Source: an uncultured Pseudomonadota bacterium (lineage in GTDB: Bacteria; SAR324; NAC60-12). Taken from it: a DNA stretch of 64,000 nt. The DNA lies in assembly GCA_913020725.1 (NCBI GenBank), contig CAJWCD010000002.1:4217-68216 (forward strand). The letters run 5' to 3'. The translations under genes and the position numbers were made by a program. The first letter of the stretch is position 1. Each line of letters opens with the position of its first letter. Below the pieces are notes generated by a model. That model saw only the letters and a program-made list of their open reading frames with translations. It was not told where the DNA came from and searched no databases. Of this stretch, positions 20,318 through 29,963 are shown piece after piece.

Positions 20318-23300
20318 ATGCGGATCAAGAGCCTGAGAGTCTCTGGCTTCAAGTCTTTTTGTCATGCGGTGGAGCTGGGCTTCACCGAACACGGCACCAC
20401 CGTGGTGGTCGGTCCCAACGGTTGCGGCAAGAGCAACGTGGTGGATGCGATCCGCTGGGTGCTGGGTGAGCAGCGTCCCAAGCACCTGCGTGGCGGCTCG
20501 ATGGAGGACGTCATCTTCGCCGGGTCTGCCTTCCAGAAGCCTCTCGGTATGGCCGAGGTGACGCTCACCTTCGCCAATCCCACCGGAGACACCCTTTCCC
20601 GTTTCAACGAATATTCCGAAATCGCGGTCACGCGCCGCCTCTACCGCTCTGGCGAGAGCGTGTACATGATCAACAAAACTCCGGTGCGCCTCATGGACAT
20701 CCGAGAGTTGTTCATGGACACCGGCATTGGCAGCACGGGGTACTCGATTGTCGAACAGGGGCGTGTGGGGGAGATTGTCAGCGCGAAGCCGGCGGAGCGC
20801 CGCACCCTCATTGATGACGCCGCCGGGATCGTCAAGTACCGCACAAAGCGACAGGCGGCGGAGCGGCGGTTAGAGGAAACAGGCCAGAACCTGCTGCGCG
20901 TCAACGATGTCCTAGGGGAGTTGCAGGATCGGGAAGAAGGTCTCCGGGAGCATGTCGAGAATGCACAAACCTATCTGGACCTCCAGAGTCAATGCCGTTC
21001 AACCGAGCAAAATCTGCTCGTGGTTCGTTGGTATGAGGTGGGCCTTCAGGAGGAAAAACTGGATGCCAAAGTTGCCGAAGAACAGCAACGCCAGCAGGAT
21101 TTGCAGACCGAGAAATCCGTGGTTGAGACCGATCTGCAACGCCTCAGCCTAGAGCAAACTCAACGTACCGACCAACTCACCCGCAAGCGCGAAGCGTTGT
21201 TTCAGAAGGAACGCGATATTCAGGAAGCCGAGAACCAGCGACGGTTGGAACAGCAAACCATCGAAAATGCTCGGGAGCAACAAGGGCGGCAGGAACAGGA
21301 GCTTAATGAGTTGCAGGAGCGGCTGGCGCGGTTGGAAGGCGCGGTGCAAGACGCTTCCGGACAGTTTGAAACGTTGACCGAAAAACGTGAGGTTCTGGAA
21401 ACCGAAGTTGCCGAAATCGAACGGGCGCGTACGGAGCAGAATGACGTGTTGCAGGAGGTGACCAGCGTGTTGCAGTCCTTGCAAAAGCGCCTGCTCAAGC
21501 TCCACATGGAACTGACGAACCAGACGAACCAGCGCAATTTTCTGGAAGAACGGTTAACGCAGTTTCAGGAACGGCTCCAGCGTTTGCAAGGGCAACGCGA
21601 CGCCAACGCCGAACTGGTGCGTCAGGCGGAGGATCGCGCCCACGCCAGCCGGCAACAGCTGGGATCGCTGCAAGCCAAGCAAACAACGCTGGAAACACGA
21701 GTCGAAGCCTTGGGACTGAGCTCCTCCCAGCAGGAAAGCGACCTCGACGAATTGGATCAGCGCATCCGGGAGCTTCGTTTTCAGCATGGTGCCTCCCGTT
21801 CCCGTTTGGAATCACTCCAGCAGATTCAGGGGCAGTACGAGGATTTCAGCGACAGCGTCCAGCAGTTCATGGAACGACTCCGCGAGCAACCGCAACTCCG
21901 GGAGCAGTGGGGCCTCCGGGGGCTGTTGGCGGATCATTTGATCGCTGAACCAGAATGGCTGGAACAGGTCGCGCCTGTCTTGTCGGAGGTGCTGGATTGG
22001 ATCGTCGTGGAGCGTTCCGCGCAGCTTCCGGAACTGGCCGGGTTCTGTCAGCAGGAGGGTTTTGGCACCCTGCGTTTTCTGGCGCTCGACCGACTGCCCA
22101 GTGTTCCGGAAGCGACCTTGCCGGGCGTCTCGCTCAACGATCACCTCAGTTACCGGGAACCCCTTGAGGAATGGGGACGCCGTTTTTTCCAGCGTTTCCG
22201 GATGGACGAATCCGGAGTGTGGTCGCACCTTCGGGAGGCATGGTCGGACGGTTCTGTAATTTGGGTGGGGCCGGATGGTGTCCGGATTGACGAGGTGACG
22301 GTGCAAACGGGTTCGGTGCAGGAAGGCTCGCTGGGTTTTCTTGCCCGCCAGCAGGAGATTGAACAACTGGAGCAGCAGACCTCCGGACTCTCCGAGGGCA
22401 TCACGGAACAAGAGGGGCAGCAGAAAACATTGCGTGAAGCGTGGGGCCAGACGCAGGAGGCGTTGGAACAGGTGCAGTCGGAGCAGCGCGAGCAGGAGTT
22501 GGAGGTCCTCGGCCACACCAAGGAACTGGAGCATCACCAGCTTGAACTGAATCGTGCCCGACAAACGTCCAAACAGTTCGATTCCGACCTGCGGCAGCTT
22601 CAGGAGGAAATCTCCGGAGCCGAGTCCCGCTATGAAAACACGACCAAGCTGCTGGGTGAACTGGAAGTCGAACGACAGGAATTGGAGACGACTGCCGAAA
22701 CTCAACAGGAACGCATTCAGTCCCAAAGTCGCCGGGTTGAGGATGCAGCGGAGGATTTGCTGCAACGGCGGATCGCGTTCACCGAGGTGATGGAACAGCA
22801 GAAGACCGCCGAGGCCACGCACGTTCGCCTGTGCCAAGAGCATAGTGAGTCCCACCAACGTCTGCAATTACTGGATTCCGGACAATCAGAAAATAATCGC
22901 CGTCTCACGCAAAGCCGTGAGCGCATTGAGACGATTGACGCTTCATTCGGGGGCTTGTTGCAGTCGCGGGATACGCTCAAGGTCGAGTTAGATTCGGAAA
23001 CAGTTCAGCATGTTGAACAGACGGAGCAGCAAAACGAACTCACTCGGACGCTGCAAGCCAAGCAAAAGACACTGGAAACCGTGGTCAGTGCTGCTCACGA
23101 CACCTCGCTCAAGCTCGCGGAATTCCGGATGCAGCGCGAGCAACTGGAAATGCAACTGCGCGATTTCACCGAGCAAGTTCCGGCAACGCTGGTGCAGGGA
23201 CTCGATTTGGAGAACCTGAAGGTGCGCGAACTCTCCCGCGAGGTCCAGCGACTCAAGGCCAAGCTCAACGCACTGGGGCCAGTCAACCTCGCGGCTCCGG

Positions 23301-23887
23301 ACGAACATGCGGCCTTGGTGGAGCGACTGCAATTTCTCACGGAGCAGTCCGAGGATTTGCAGAAGGCAGTGGACGACCTCAAGCGCACAATCCGCGACAT
23401 CAACGTCGAGTCGCGCCGTCGCTTTCGGGAGATGTTCGATCAGGTGAACGAGCATTTCGGGGAGGTCTTCACCAAGCTCTTCGATGGGGGTGAGGCACGG
23501 ATGGTGCTGACCGAGTCCGAGGATTTGCTAGATGCAGGCATCGACATCGTAGCCCAGCCTCCGGGCAAGAAGCTCCAGAACATCAACTTGCTCTCCGGGG
23601 GTGAGAAGGCACTCACGGCGATCTCGCTGATTTTTGCGATCTTCCTCATCAAACCCAGCCCGTTCTGCCTGCTTGACGAGGTGGACGCTCCACTGGATGA
23701 CGCGAACGTGGGGCGTTTCAACAACCTCATCCGGCAGCTTGCCGACAAATCGCAGTTCATCATCATCACCCACAACAAAAAAACGATGGAGCTGGGCGAT
23801 CGACTCTACGGCGTGACGATGGAGGAACCGGGCATTTCCAAGACTGTCTCCGTCCATTTCCAAACTGCCGAACGCATGGTGGCGTGA
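20318..23887 (+). CDS. smc: Chromosome segregation protein SMC (canonical condensin-type)
   Basis: 1189 aa with Walker A VVGPNGCGKSNVVDAIRWVLGEQ, long coiled coils, central hinge, and C-terminal LSGGEKALTAISLIFAIF...LLDEVDAPLD. Confidence 0.93.
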   Translation: MRIKSLRVSGFKSFCHAVELGFTEHGTTVVVGPNGCGKSNVVDAIRWVLGEQRPKHLRGGSMEDVIFAGSAFQKPLGMAEVTLTFANPTGDTLSRFNEYSEIAVTRRLYRSGESVYMINKTPVRLMDIRELFMDTGIGSTGYSIVEQGRVGEIVSAKPAERRTLIDDAAGIVKYRTKRQAAERRLEETGQNLLRVNDVLGELQDREEGLREHVENAQTYLDLQSQCRSTEQNLLVVRWYEVGLQEEKLDAKVAEEQQRQQDLQTEKSVVETDLQRLSLEQTQRTDQLTRKREALFQKERDIQEAENQRRLEQQTIENAREQQGRQEQELNELQERLARLEGAVQDASGQFETLTEKREVLETEVAEIERARTEQNDVLQEVTSVLQSLQKRLLKLHMELTNQTNQRNFLEERLTQFQERLQRLQGQRDANAELVRQAEDRAHASRQQLGSLQAKQTTLETRVEALGLSSSQQESDLDELDQRIRELRFQHGASRSRLESLQQIQGQYEDFSDSVQQFMERLREQPQLREQWGLRGLLADHLIAEPEWLEQVAPVLSEVLDWIVVERSAQLPELAGFCQQEGFGTLRFLALDRLPSVPEATLPGVSLNDHLSYREPLEEWGRRFFQRFRMDESGVWSHLREAWSDGSVIWVGPDGVRIDEVTVQTGSVQEGSLGFLARQQEIEQLEQQTSGLSEGITEQEGQQKTLREAWGQTQEALEQVQSEQREQELEVLGHTKELEHHQLELNRARQTSKQFDSDLRQLQEEISGAESRYENTTKLLGELEVERQELETTAETQQERIQSQSRRVEDAAEDLLQRRIAFTEVMEQQKTAEATHVRLCQEHSESHQRLQLLDSGQSENNRRLTQSRERIETIDASFGGLLQSRDTLKVELDSETVQHVEQTEQQNELTRTLQAKQKTLETVVSAAHDTSLKLAEFRMQREQLEMQLRDFTEQVPATLVQGLDLENLKVRELSREVQRLKAKLNALGPVNLAAPDEHAALVERLQFLTEQSEDLQKAVDDLKRTIRDINVESRRRFREMFDQVNEHFGEVFTKLFDGGEARMVLTESEDLLDAGIDIVAQPPGKKLQNINLLSGGEKALTAISLIFAIFLIKPSPFCLLDEVDAPLDDANVGRFNNLIRQLADKSQFIIITHNKKTMELGDRLYGVTMEEPGISKTVSVHFQTAERMVA

Positions 23888-25173
23888 TGCAGGTGAAGCT
23901 TTTTCACGGGTTTGACGAATTCCGGAAAACCTTTGGGACGATGGAACCTTCACCGGATGTTGCCGAAACCGTCGGGGCGATTCTCAAGGATGTCCGCAGT
24001 CGAGGCGATGCAGCGGTGCAGGAGTACACCGCGCGTTTTGACGGTGTGCATGTGGAGGACTTCCGGGTTCCGGAACCACAACTTCAGCAAGCACTCGATG
24101 CGGTTGATGTGGAACTCCGGAACGTGTTGGAGCGAGCAGCCGCGAACATTCGTCGCTTCCACGAACGCCAGAAAACCGACAGTCAACTCGACTTCAGTCC
24201 GGACGGCACCATCCTTGGCTGGAAGGTGACGCCCGTGGACAGTGCCGGAGTGTACATTCCGGGCGGGCGGGCATTTTACCCGTCGTCGCTGCTGATGAAT
24301 GTCATTCCCGCGCAAGTTGCCGGGGTGCCGCGCATTGCGATGGTTTCGCCTCCAGGAAAGGACGGACGCCCCCACGAACTCGTGATGGCGTGTGCCACTC
24401 TGCTGGGAGTGAACGAACTCTACGCAGTCGGCGGCGCCCAAGCGGTCGGTGCCTTGGCGTATGGCACAGATTCACTCCCGAAGGTCGTCAAGATCACCGG
24501 ACCCGGCAACGCCTACGTCGCCGAAGCCAAGCGGCAGGTGTACGGGATCGTCGGCATCGATTCGTTCGCGGGGCCGAGCGAGATCATGATCGTCTGCGAC
24601 CGCGAGGACGTGCCGACCGAATACCTCGTCCGCGATCTGCTCTCGCAGGCCGAACACGATCCGGAAGCCGGGGCGATTCTGGTCACGACCTCCGCGACTC
24701 AAGCCGCAGCGGTGCGGAAACGCCTGCTCGAGTTGGTGCCCACGCTGCCCCGGCGGGAAATTCTGGAAGCCTCTTTTTCCCACCGCTCCGCCTTGATCGT
24801 GGTGGAATCACTGAAGGAAACCTTTGAGGTGGTCAACGAACTGGCGCCGGAACACCTCGAACTGCTCACTCAAAACCCACTGGAAGACATCGCCCAGATC
24901 CGCAATGCCGGAGCGATTTTCCTAGGGGCCGACACTCCGGAACCTGTGGGGGATTACTTTGCCGGACCCAACCACACGCTGCCCACCTCCGGCTGCGCGA
25001 AATTCGCCTCACCATTGGGGGTGCAGGATTTCGTCAAGACCAGTTCGATCCTCCGCTACTCCCCGCAGCGCCTCCGGGAGGATGGCCCTGCCATCATCCG
25101 CTTCGCCGAGGCAGAACATCTCCACGCCCACGCCGCTGCAATCCGGGTGCGGTTGGAGAGCATGGATTCCTGA
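23884..25173 (+). CDS. hisD: Histidinol dehydrogenase
   Basis: 429 aa. The VGAILKDVRSRGDAAVQEYTARFDGV and GGAQAVGALAYGT...GPGNAYV motifs match HisD. Overlaps the smc stop by 4 nt. No other his genes adjacent. Confidence 0.92.
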   Translation: MMQVKLFHGFDEFRKTFGTMEPSPDVAETVGAILKDVRSRGDAAVQEYTARFDGVHVEDFRVPEPQLQQALDAVDVELRNVLERAAANIRRFHERQKTDSQLDFSPDGTILGWKVTPVDSAGVYIPGGRAFYPSSLLMNVIPAQVAGVPRIAMVSPPGKDGRPHELVMACATLLGVNELYAVGGAQAVGALAYGTDSLPKVVKITGPGNAYVAEAKRQVYGIVGIDSFAGPSEIMIVCDREDVPTEYLVRDLLSQAEHDPEAGAILVTTSATQAAAVRKRLLELVPTLPRREILEASFSHRSALIVVESLKETFEVVNELAPEHLELLTQNPLEDIAQIRNAGAIFLGADTPEPVGDYFAGPNHTLPTSGCAKFASPLGVQDFVKTSSILRYSPQRLREDGPAIIRFAEAEHLHAHAAAIRVRLESMDS

Positions 25174-25200
25174 AGAGGATCACGCCAAAGGAGTTTTTCA

Positions 25201-26361
25201 ATGGATTTCACCCTGAGCGAAGAACAAACCGCATTACAGGAAATGGCCCGGAAGTTCGCGGCATCCGAACTTGGAGAAACCGCCCACGAGGTGGAGGAGC
25301 AAGATCAACCTCCGAGCAAAGAGGTTGTCCGGAAGTTCGCACAGCAGGGGTTGCTGGGTATCAATCTGGACGCCGTTTACGGCGGCGGAGGTTTGGGGCA
25401 TTTCGAAGCCGTGCTGGTCTTGGAGGAAATGGCCAAGCAATCGATTGCCGTTGCCTTTCCAGTGTTTGAATCCTGCTTCGGACCCACCTTGGCGATTGCT
25501 CACTTTGGTCCAGAGGAAATGCGCAAACGCCTACTTCCGCAAGTGTGTGCAGGCGAGGCGATTGTCGCGGTCGCGATGTCAGAACCAAACGCGGGATCAG
25601 CACTCACGGACTTGACGACGAAGGCGGAGCAGCGCGGAAGCGAGTGGGTGCTGTCCGGCATGAAACGCTGGTGTTCCGGAGCGAACCACGCAGATTACTA
25701 TGTCGTCTATTGCCGTATGTCGGATGCACCCGGAGCGAAGGGGATCGGAGCCGTGCTGGTTTCCAAGGAGCAGTCCGGCATCAGTTTTGGTCAATGTGAA
25801 CACCACATGGGGTTCCGGGGGGTGCCGTCGGCAGACATATTCTTTGATGATCTGGTGGTGCCGAAGGAAAACGTGATCATTGCAGCGGGTGGTTTTCCAA
25901 AGCTGATGGAAGCGTTTGACCTCGAACGCTGCGGCAACACCACTATGAGCCTCGCACTAGCCCAAAGCGCCTTCGATTATGCCCTTGATTATGTACAAAA
26001 ACGCCAGCAATTTGGAAAACCGATCGTGGAATTTCAGGCTGTGCAGTTGCAACTTGCTGAGATGAAAATGAAGGTTGATGCCTCACGGATGCTGCTTTAC
26101 CGGGCAGTAGTCAATGCACAACAAGGGTTGCCTTCGGTTGGCGAAAGCTCGATCGCCAAATGCTTTGCCAACGAGATGGTGCGCGAGGTCACGGGCAAGG
26201 CTGTGCAGTTGCTGGGCGGCTATGGCTACTCTAAGACCTACCCACTCGAACAAAAAATGCGAGATGCGTGGGGCTGGGGCATCGCTGGAGGCACCATTGA
26301 CATCCAAAAGATCAACATCGCCTCCGCACTCGTGGGACAACGCTTTGATCAAAGACGTTGA
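25201..26361 (+). CDS. Acyl-CoA dehydrogenase family protein
   Basis: 386 aa with typical ACAD N-terminus (FTLSEEQTALQEMARKFAASEL), middle beta-domain and C-terminal helical domain. Confidence 0.85.
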   Translation: MDFTLSEEQTALQEMARKFAASELGETAHEVEEQDQPPSKEVVRKFAQQGLLGINLDAVYGGGGLGHFEAVLVLEEMAKQSIAVAFPVFESCFGPTLAIAHFGPEEMRKRLLPQVCAGEAIVAVAMSEPNAGSALTDLTTKAEQRGSEWVLSGMKRWCSGANHADYYVVYCRMSDAPGAKGIGAVLVSKEQSGISFGQCEHHMGFRGVPSADIFFDDLVVPKENVIIAAGGFPKLMEAFDLERCGNTTMSLALAQSAFDYALDYVQKRQQFGKPIVEFQAVQLQLAEMKMKVDASRMLLYRAVVNAQQGLPSVGESSIAKCFANEMVREVTGKAVQLLGGYGYSKTYPLEQKMRDAWGWGIAGGTIDIQKINIASALVGQRFDQRR

Positions 26362-27053
26362 CCGCGGAAAAACCCTTCTCGGGATGACGCATTCGTCACC
26401 TCCTGCTTGACATAGAGCGGGTGAACGTGGTCAAAATCCGGAAGCACGCCTTGGTTGAGCAGCATTGCTCCCACTTGGTTGAGCAACGCGGGGTCCGGAA
26501 ACGAACTCCGCTGACGATTGGGATTCACTGGATGCTTTGGTTCCGGAAGTTGAGCATAGCGATTGACGCTTAAACGATGTAGCAAGACGGGTCCGGTCAG
26601 GTGCGAAAGCAAGGCCGCACCGTCCCTGACGTGTTCGATGTCACCAAGCCGCACCGGAGTTCCTGCTTTGCCTTCGTAACGTGCCCGGAAAAGCTCGTGG
26701 CGTGTGCAGTTGAGTAGCACCTCAAACGGCTCCGGGACTCCATCCACTTGAGCGGCGAGTACATCCAATGACGGTACCGGAATCAACGGAATTTCACAGG
26801 CTTGCGCAAAAGTCTTGGCAAAAGACAGCCCGATGCGAACCCCTGTGTAGGATCCCGGCCCTTGATTCACTACAATGGCAGAGATGTCCGTTTTCTGGAG
26901 GTCAACCGCACTCAACAGCAAATCGAGCGTGGGCAGCAACAGCTTGGAATTGCTGCGCCGGGAGCGAGCGAAATGGCTCGCCAGCACTTCCCCGTCGTGG
27001 CTGAGGCAGTAGCCCAAGTGCCCAAAAGCGGTGTCAACGGCAAGCAGGATCAC
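26349..27053 (-). CDS. tsaB: tRNA threonylcarbamoyladenosine biosynthesis protein TsaB (YeaZ)
   Basis: MILLAVDTAFGHLGYCL...DISAIVVNQGPGSYTGVRIGLSFAKTFA is the hallmark inactive-Kae1-like TsaB. Overlaps the convergent acyl-CoA dehydrogenase 3' end by 13 nt. Confidence 0.85.
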   Translation of the reverse strand: MILLAVDTAFGHLGYCLSHDGEVLASHFARSRRSNSKLLLPTLDLLLSAVDLQKTDISAIVVNQGPGSYTGVRIGLSFAKTFAQACEIPLIPVPSLDVLAAQVDGVPEPFEVLLNCTRHELFRARYEGKAGTPVRLGDIEHVRDGAALLSHLTGPVLLHRLSVNRYAQLPEPKHPVNPNRQRSSFPDPALLNQVGAMLLNQGVLPDFDHVHPLYVKQEVTNASSREGFFRGQRL

Positions 27054-27679
27054 GGTAATTTGTGGAGACGATTCAGAATTCCGGAAAATTCCGGAGCAGC
27101 ACTGCTCAACTTTGCCTTGCGAATCTCGCTCCCGGAAACTCCAATCTCAAGGTGCAGCACGGGTTCGTCCGCAGTAAGCCACGACTGGATCAGCTTTGGC
27201 CACTCCACCAACGAAACCCCATCCGGAGGCAAGAGGTCATCCCGATCAAAGTCGTCAAGTTGTTCGGGTTGTTCCAGTCGGAAGAGATCCACATGGGAAA
27301 CCGGCAGTCGTCCGGGATAGAAGTTGGCAATGGTGTATGTGGGCGAAACCACCATCGTTTCCGGAACATCAAGCCCAGTGCAGATGCCCTTGGCAAGGGT
27401 GGTTTTGCCCGCGCCCATTGGCCCATCCAGCAGCACGATGGCTCCGGGAAAGAGCGCGGAGCCGAGCTGGTTCCCGAATTTCAGAGATTCTTCAAGCGAA
27501 GACAAACACCGCTCCACCAGCACAGCCAAGGTCAATGTCGGGAAAATTGTTGCTGAATTGCCGTGCGCTCGGACATTATGAGGAGCTGGACGAAGGAGAC
27601 GAGACGACTCGGCAGTGGGATGTGCGTGATTTGTCGCTGACCTTGCACTCCCGGAAACGCTGCCAAGTGGTGTGCGCAA
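27050..27679 (-). CDS. tsaE: tRNA threonylcarbamoyladenosine biosynthesis ATPase TsaE (YjeE); true start probably about 27523 (GTG/TTG)
   Basis: P-loop LLDGPMGAGKTTL plus ...SPTYTI..YPG...HVDLFRL match TsaE. The P-loop lies at residue ~86 of the maximal ORF, whereas TsaE normally has ~40 residues before it. The first ~50 codons (TTG start) are probably not translated. Confidence 0.75.
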   Translation of the reverse strand: MRTPLGSVSGSARSATNHAHPTAESSRLLRPAPHNVRAHGNSATIFPTLTLAVLVERCLSSLEESLKFGNQLGSALFPGAIVLLDGPMGAGKTTLAKGICTGLDVPETMVVSPTYTIANFYPGRLPVSHVDLFRLEQPEQLDDFDRDDLLPPDGVSLVEWPKLIQSWLTADEPVLHLEIGVSGSEIRKAKLSSAAPEFSGILNRLHKLP

Positions 27680-28203
27680 CCGCCGAGCAAGAAGAGGTAG
27701 TATGGCGTTTGCTGCATCTCAAGCTCAAGCCCAAAGCAGGAGGACTGGCCACTGCTTCTGGAGTGCATCCCTGCACCGACGAGCAAATTTGGCAACGACT
27801 CAGCCCCGGAGCATCGCTACGGGAAAGCCTTGCCTCCAAGCTTTTTGAAGAGCGCCCCTGGCTGGGGGGGCGCCGCTGGTTTGTGAACACGCTGATGGAC
27901 CATCTGGAAATGACTCCGGAAATGCAGCGGAGCAGTCCGAGCCGTCTGAAGGGCGAGATGCGTGACCGCTTCCAACTGGTTTTGCTGATTGCGGCGCGGA
28001 CTCGGCTGGTGCTGCTGCGCAAATTGCTGAAGAGTCCGGATCGCAGGGTGCAAGAGTTGCTTGGCCAGTGGGCACTAGGTTATTTGGGGGGGATTTTTGC
28101 CTTTGGCGAAAACCTTCCGTTTGCCTGCACTCACCGGCTGCATGTTGTTGCCGATGGCCGTTGCCGCTTTGAAGACCTGACCTCTGCTGTTGAACCTTCC
28201 TGA
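27535..28203 (+). CDS. Hypothetical protein (no recognisable family), translationally coupled to dnaG; start uncertain
   Basis: Open frame runs 27196-28203; first ATG is 27535 (AAGG 3 nt upstream). Its stop overlaps the dnaG start (TGATG). The 5' part overlaps the maximal tsaE ORF on the other strand. Confidence 0.4.
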   Translation: MSGKLLLNCRALGHYEELDEGDETTRQWDVRDLSLTLHSRKRCQVVCATAEQEEVVWRLLHLKLKPKAGGLATASGVHPCTDEQIWQRLSPGASLRESLASKLFEERPWLGGRRWFVNTLMDHLEMTPEMQRSSPSRLKGEMRDRFQLVLLIAARTRLVLLRKLLKSPDRRVQELLGQWALGYLGGIFAFGENLPFACTHRLHVVADGRCRFEDLTSAVEPS

Positions 28204-29963
28204 TGCGTTTCTCCCAAGATTTCATTCGCAAAGTCGAGGACGCCACCGATCTGGTTGGGTTGATCCAAGACCAAGGGGTTGCCTTGCGCAAGGCTGGAAC
28301 CTCCTTCAAGGCGTGTTGCCCCTTTCACAACGAAAAGACACCCTCCTTCAACGTCAACCCGCAGCGTGGGTTTTTTCATTGCTTCGGGTGCAATGTTGGT
28401 GGAGGGGCGGTGAAGTTCCTCATGTTGCACGAGCGCGTGAGTTTCGTGGAAGCGATCACGGAACTCGCCCGCAAGGCCGGTATTGCCTTGGAGGGGGAAT
28501 CCGGCCCCCGCAAGCGAGACGATGCCGACGAAGGCATGGCGTGCCTCAAGCAGGCGCAAACCTTCTTCTGTCAGCAGTTACGGGAACCCGGCGGGGAGGA
28601 AGCTCGGAACTACCTCGAAGAACGCAAGGTGCCCACAGCATTGCAAGAGCGTTTTGCGCTGGGTTATGCTCCGGACGACTGGCAAGGGCTGCTGCGGCAC
28701 CTGCAAACGCGCAGCATCCCGAACGGCTTGGTCGTCAGGGTCGGACTGGCTAAAACCAGCGAACGTTCCGAACGCCCCTACGACCGCTTCCGGAACCGCC
28801 TGATCTTCCCCATCCGTGATCCTCGTGGACGCTGCATCGCGTTTGGCGGTAGAATCCTTGGTGCCGAGGACGGCCCGAAGTACTTGAACAGTCCGGAAAC
28901 CGATTACTACCACAAGAGCCAAATCCTCTACGGGTTGTACGAAGGTTTGGACTCCATCCGCCGTAGCCGCAAACTGCTCGTGGTTGAGGGCTACCTCGAT
29001 GTCATGCGGCTGCACGAATATGGCATTGGCGAGGCGGTTGCACCATGTGGAACCGCGCTCACCCCCAAGCACGTTCAGGTTGCAGAACGCTATGCGGACG
29101 TGGTGACGTTGCTCTTCGACGGTGACGAAGCCGGACGCAACGCGGCCCTCAAGAACGCGAGGCTCTTTCTCGCCAGCAAGGCCGAGGCACAGGTCGTCAC
29201 CCTGCCGCTTGGCGAGGACCCGGACACGTTCCTGTTGAAAAACGGGGCCGAGGCCATGCGCGATCTGCTTGCAGACGCTAAGCCGCTGCTAGAGTTTTTG
29301 GTACAGGAAACGCTCTCCCGGATGCCCGATTCCGTGCAAGGCCGGATGCGGGCGGTGGAGGAACTGGTCCCGCTGCTGGCGCAAATCCCCCAGCAGGACC
29401 GTCGGCAGCTCACGCTGGTTGCACTTGCGGATCAGCTCAAGGTCAGTCCGGAGGTGTTGTTGAGAAAACTGCCGGAATCGTTGCATTCCGAAAATGAAAA
29501 TGCTAAACCTATCCATTCTGCACACACCGAGAGTAGTCGTACAGACGAATGGTGGGTCGTGCAAGCGTTGCTGGCTCAGGGGCAGTTATGGTCCTTGGCC
29601 CGTCAGTACCTTCTCCCTGAAGAGATGCAGGACACCCGACTCCGGCACATCTACTCGCGCCTGATGCAACTACCTCCAGACCTGCTGCACCCCCTTGACC
29701 CTTCCGGAGTTGAACGTCAGGATCCCGAACTGCATCGCGATCTGGCCCCGCTGTTGGCCGAGGATTTTCTGGAGCGTAATCTCGAATCGCAGTTCCGCTG
29801 GTCCGTCCGGCGGCTCAAGGAACGCTCACTCAAGTTGCGCTATCAGGAAAAAAGTGCGGGTCTGGTCGAGGAAGACCGCCTGCGGGCCGGAATGGAACTC
29901 CGGCGCTTGAACGCTCAGTTGCAGCAGTTGCTGCCTCAAGCGGAAACGATGCAAGCCCCGTGA
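28203..29963 (+). CDS. dnaG: DNA primase
   Basis: N-terminal zinc-binding [32 protein letters not shown] domain ([21 protein letters not shown]). Confidence 0.93.
   Translation: MRFSQDFIRKVEDATDLVGLIQDQGVALRKAGTSFKACCPFHNEKTPSFNVNPQRGFFHCFGCNVGGGAVKFLMLHERVSFVEAITELARKAGIALEGESGPRKRDDADEGMACLKQAQTFFCQQLREPGGEEARNYLEERKVPTALQERFALGYAPDDWQGLLRHLQTRSIPNGLVVRVGLAKTSERSERPYDRFRNRLIFPIRDPRGRCIAFGGRILGAEDGPKYLNSPETDYYHKSQILYGLYEGLDSIRRSRKLLVVEGYLDVMRLHEYGIGEAVAPCGTALTPKHVQVAERYADVVTLLFDGDEAGRNAALKNARLFLASKAEAQVVTLPLGEDPDTFLLKNGAEAMRDLLADAKPLLEFLVQETLSRMPDSVQGRMRAVEELVPLLAQIPQQDRRQLTLVALADQLKVSPEVLLRKLPESLHSENENAKPIHSAHTESSRTDEWWVVQALLAQGQLWSLARQYLLPEEMQDTRLRHIYSRLMQLPPDLLHPLDPSGVERQDPELHRDLAPLLAEDFLERNLESQFRWSVRRLKERSLKLRYQEKSAGLVEEDRLRAGMELRRLNAQLQQLLPQAETMQAP

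Noticed and set aside
21812-22867. 351-aa minus-strand ORF inside smc
   Set aside because: Antisense to the SMC coiled-coil region. Leu/Gln/Arg-rich low-complexity translation typical of antisense coiled-coil DNA. smc on the + strand has unambiguous Walker and signature motifs.
20318-23887. Possibility that the SMC-like gene is a defence-system SMC (Wadjet JetC or Lamassu-like) rather than housekeeping condensin
   Set aside because: N- and C-terminal head motifs match canonical bacterial Smc closely. The length (1189 aa) with a hinge is standard. No jetA/B/D-like or Lamassu partner genes flank it; the flanks are ssb and hisD.
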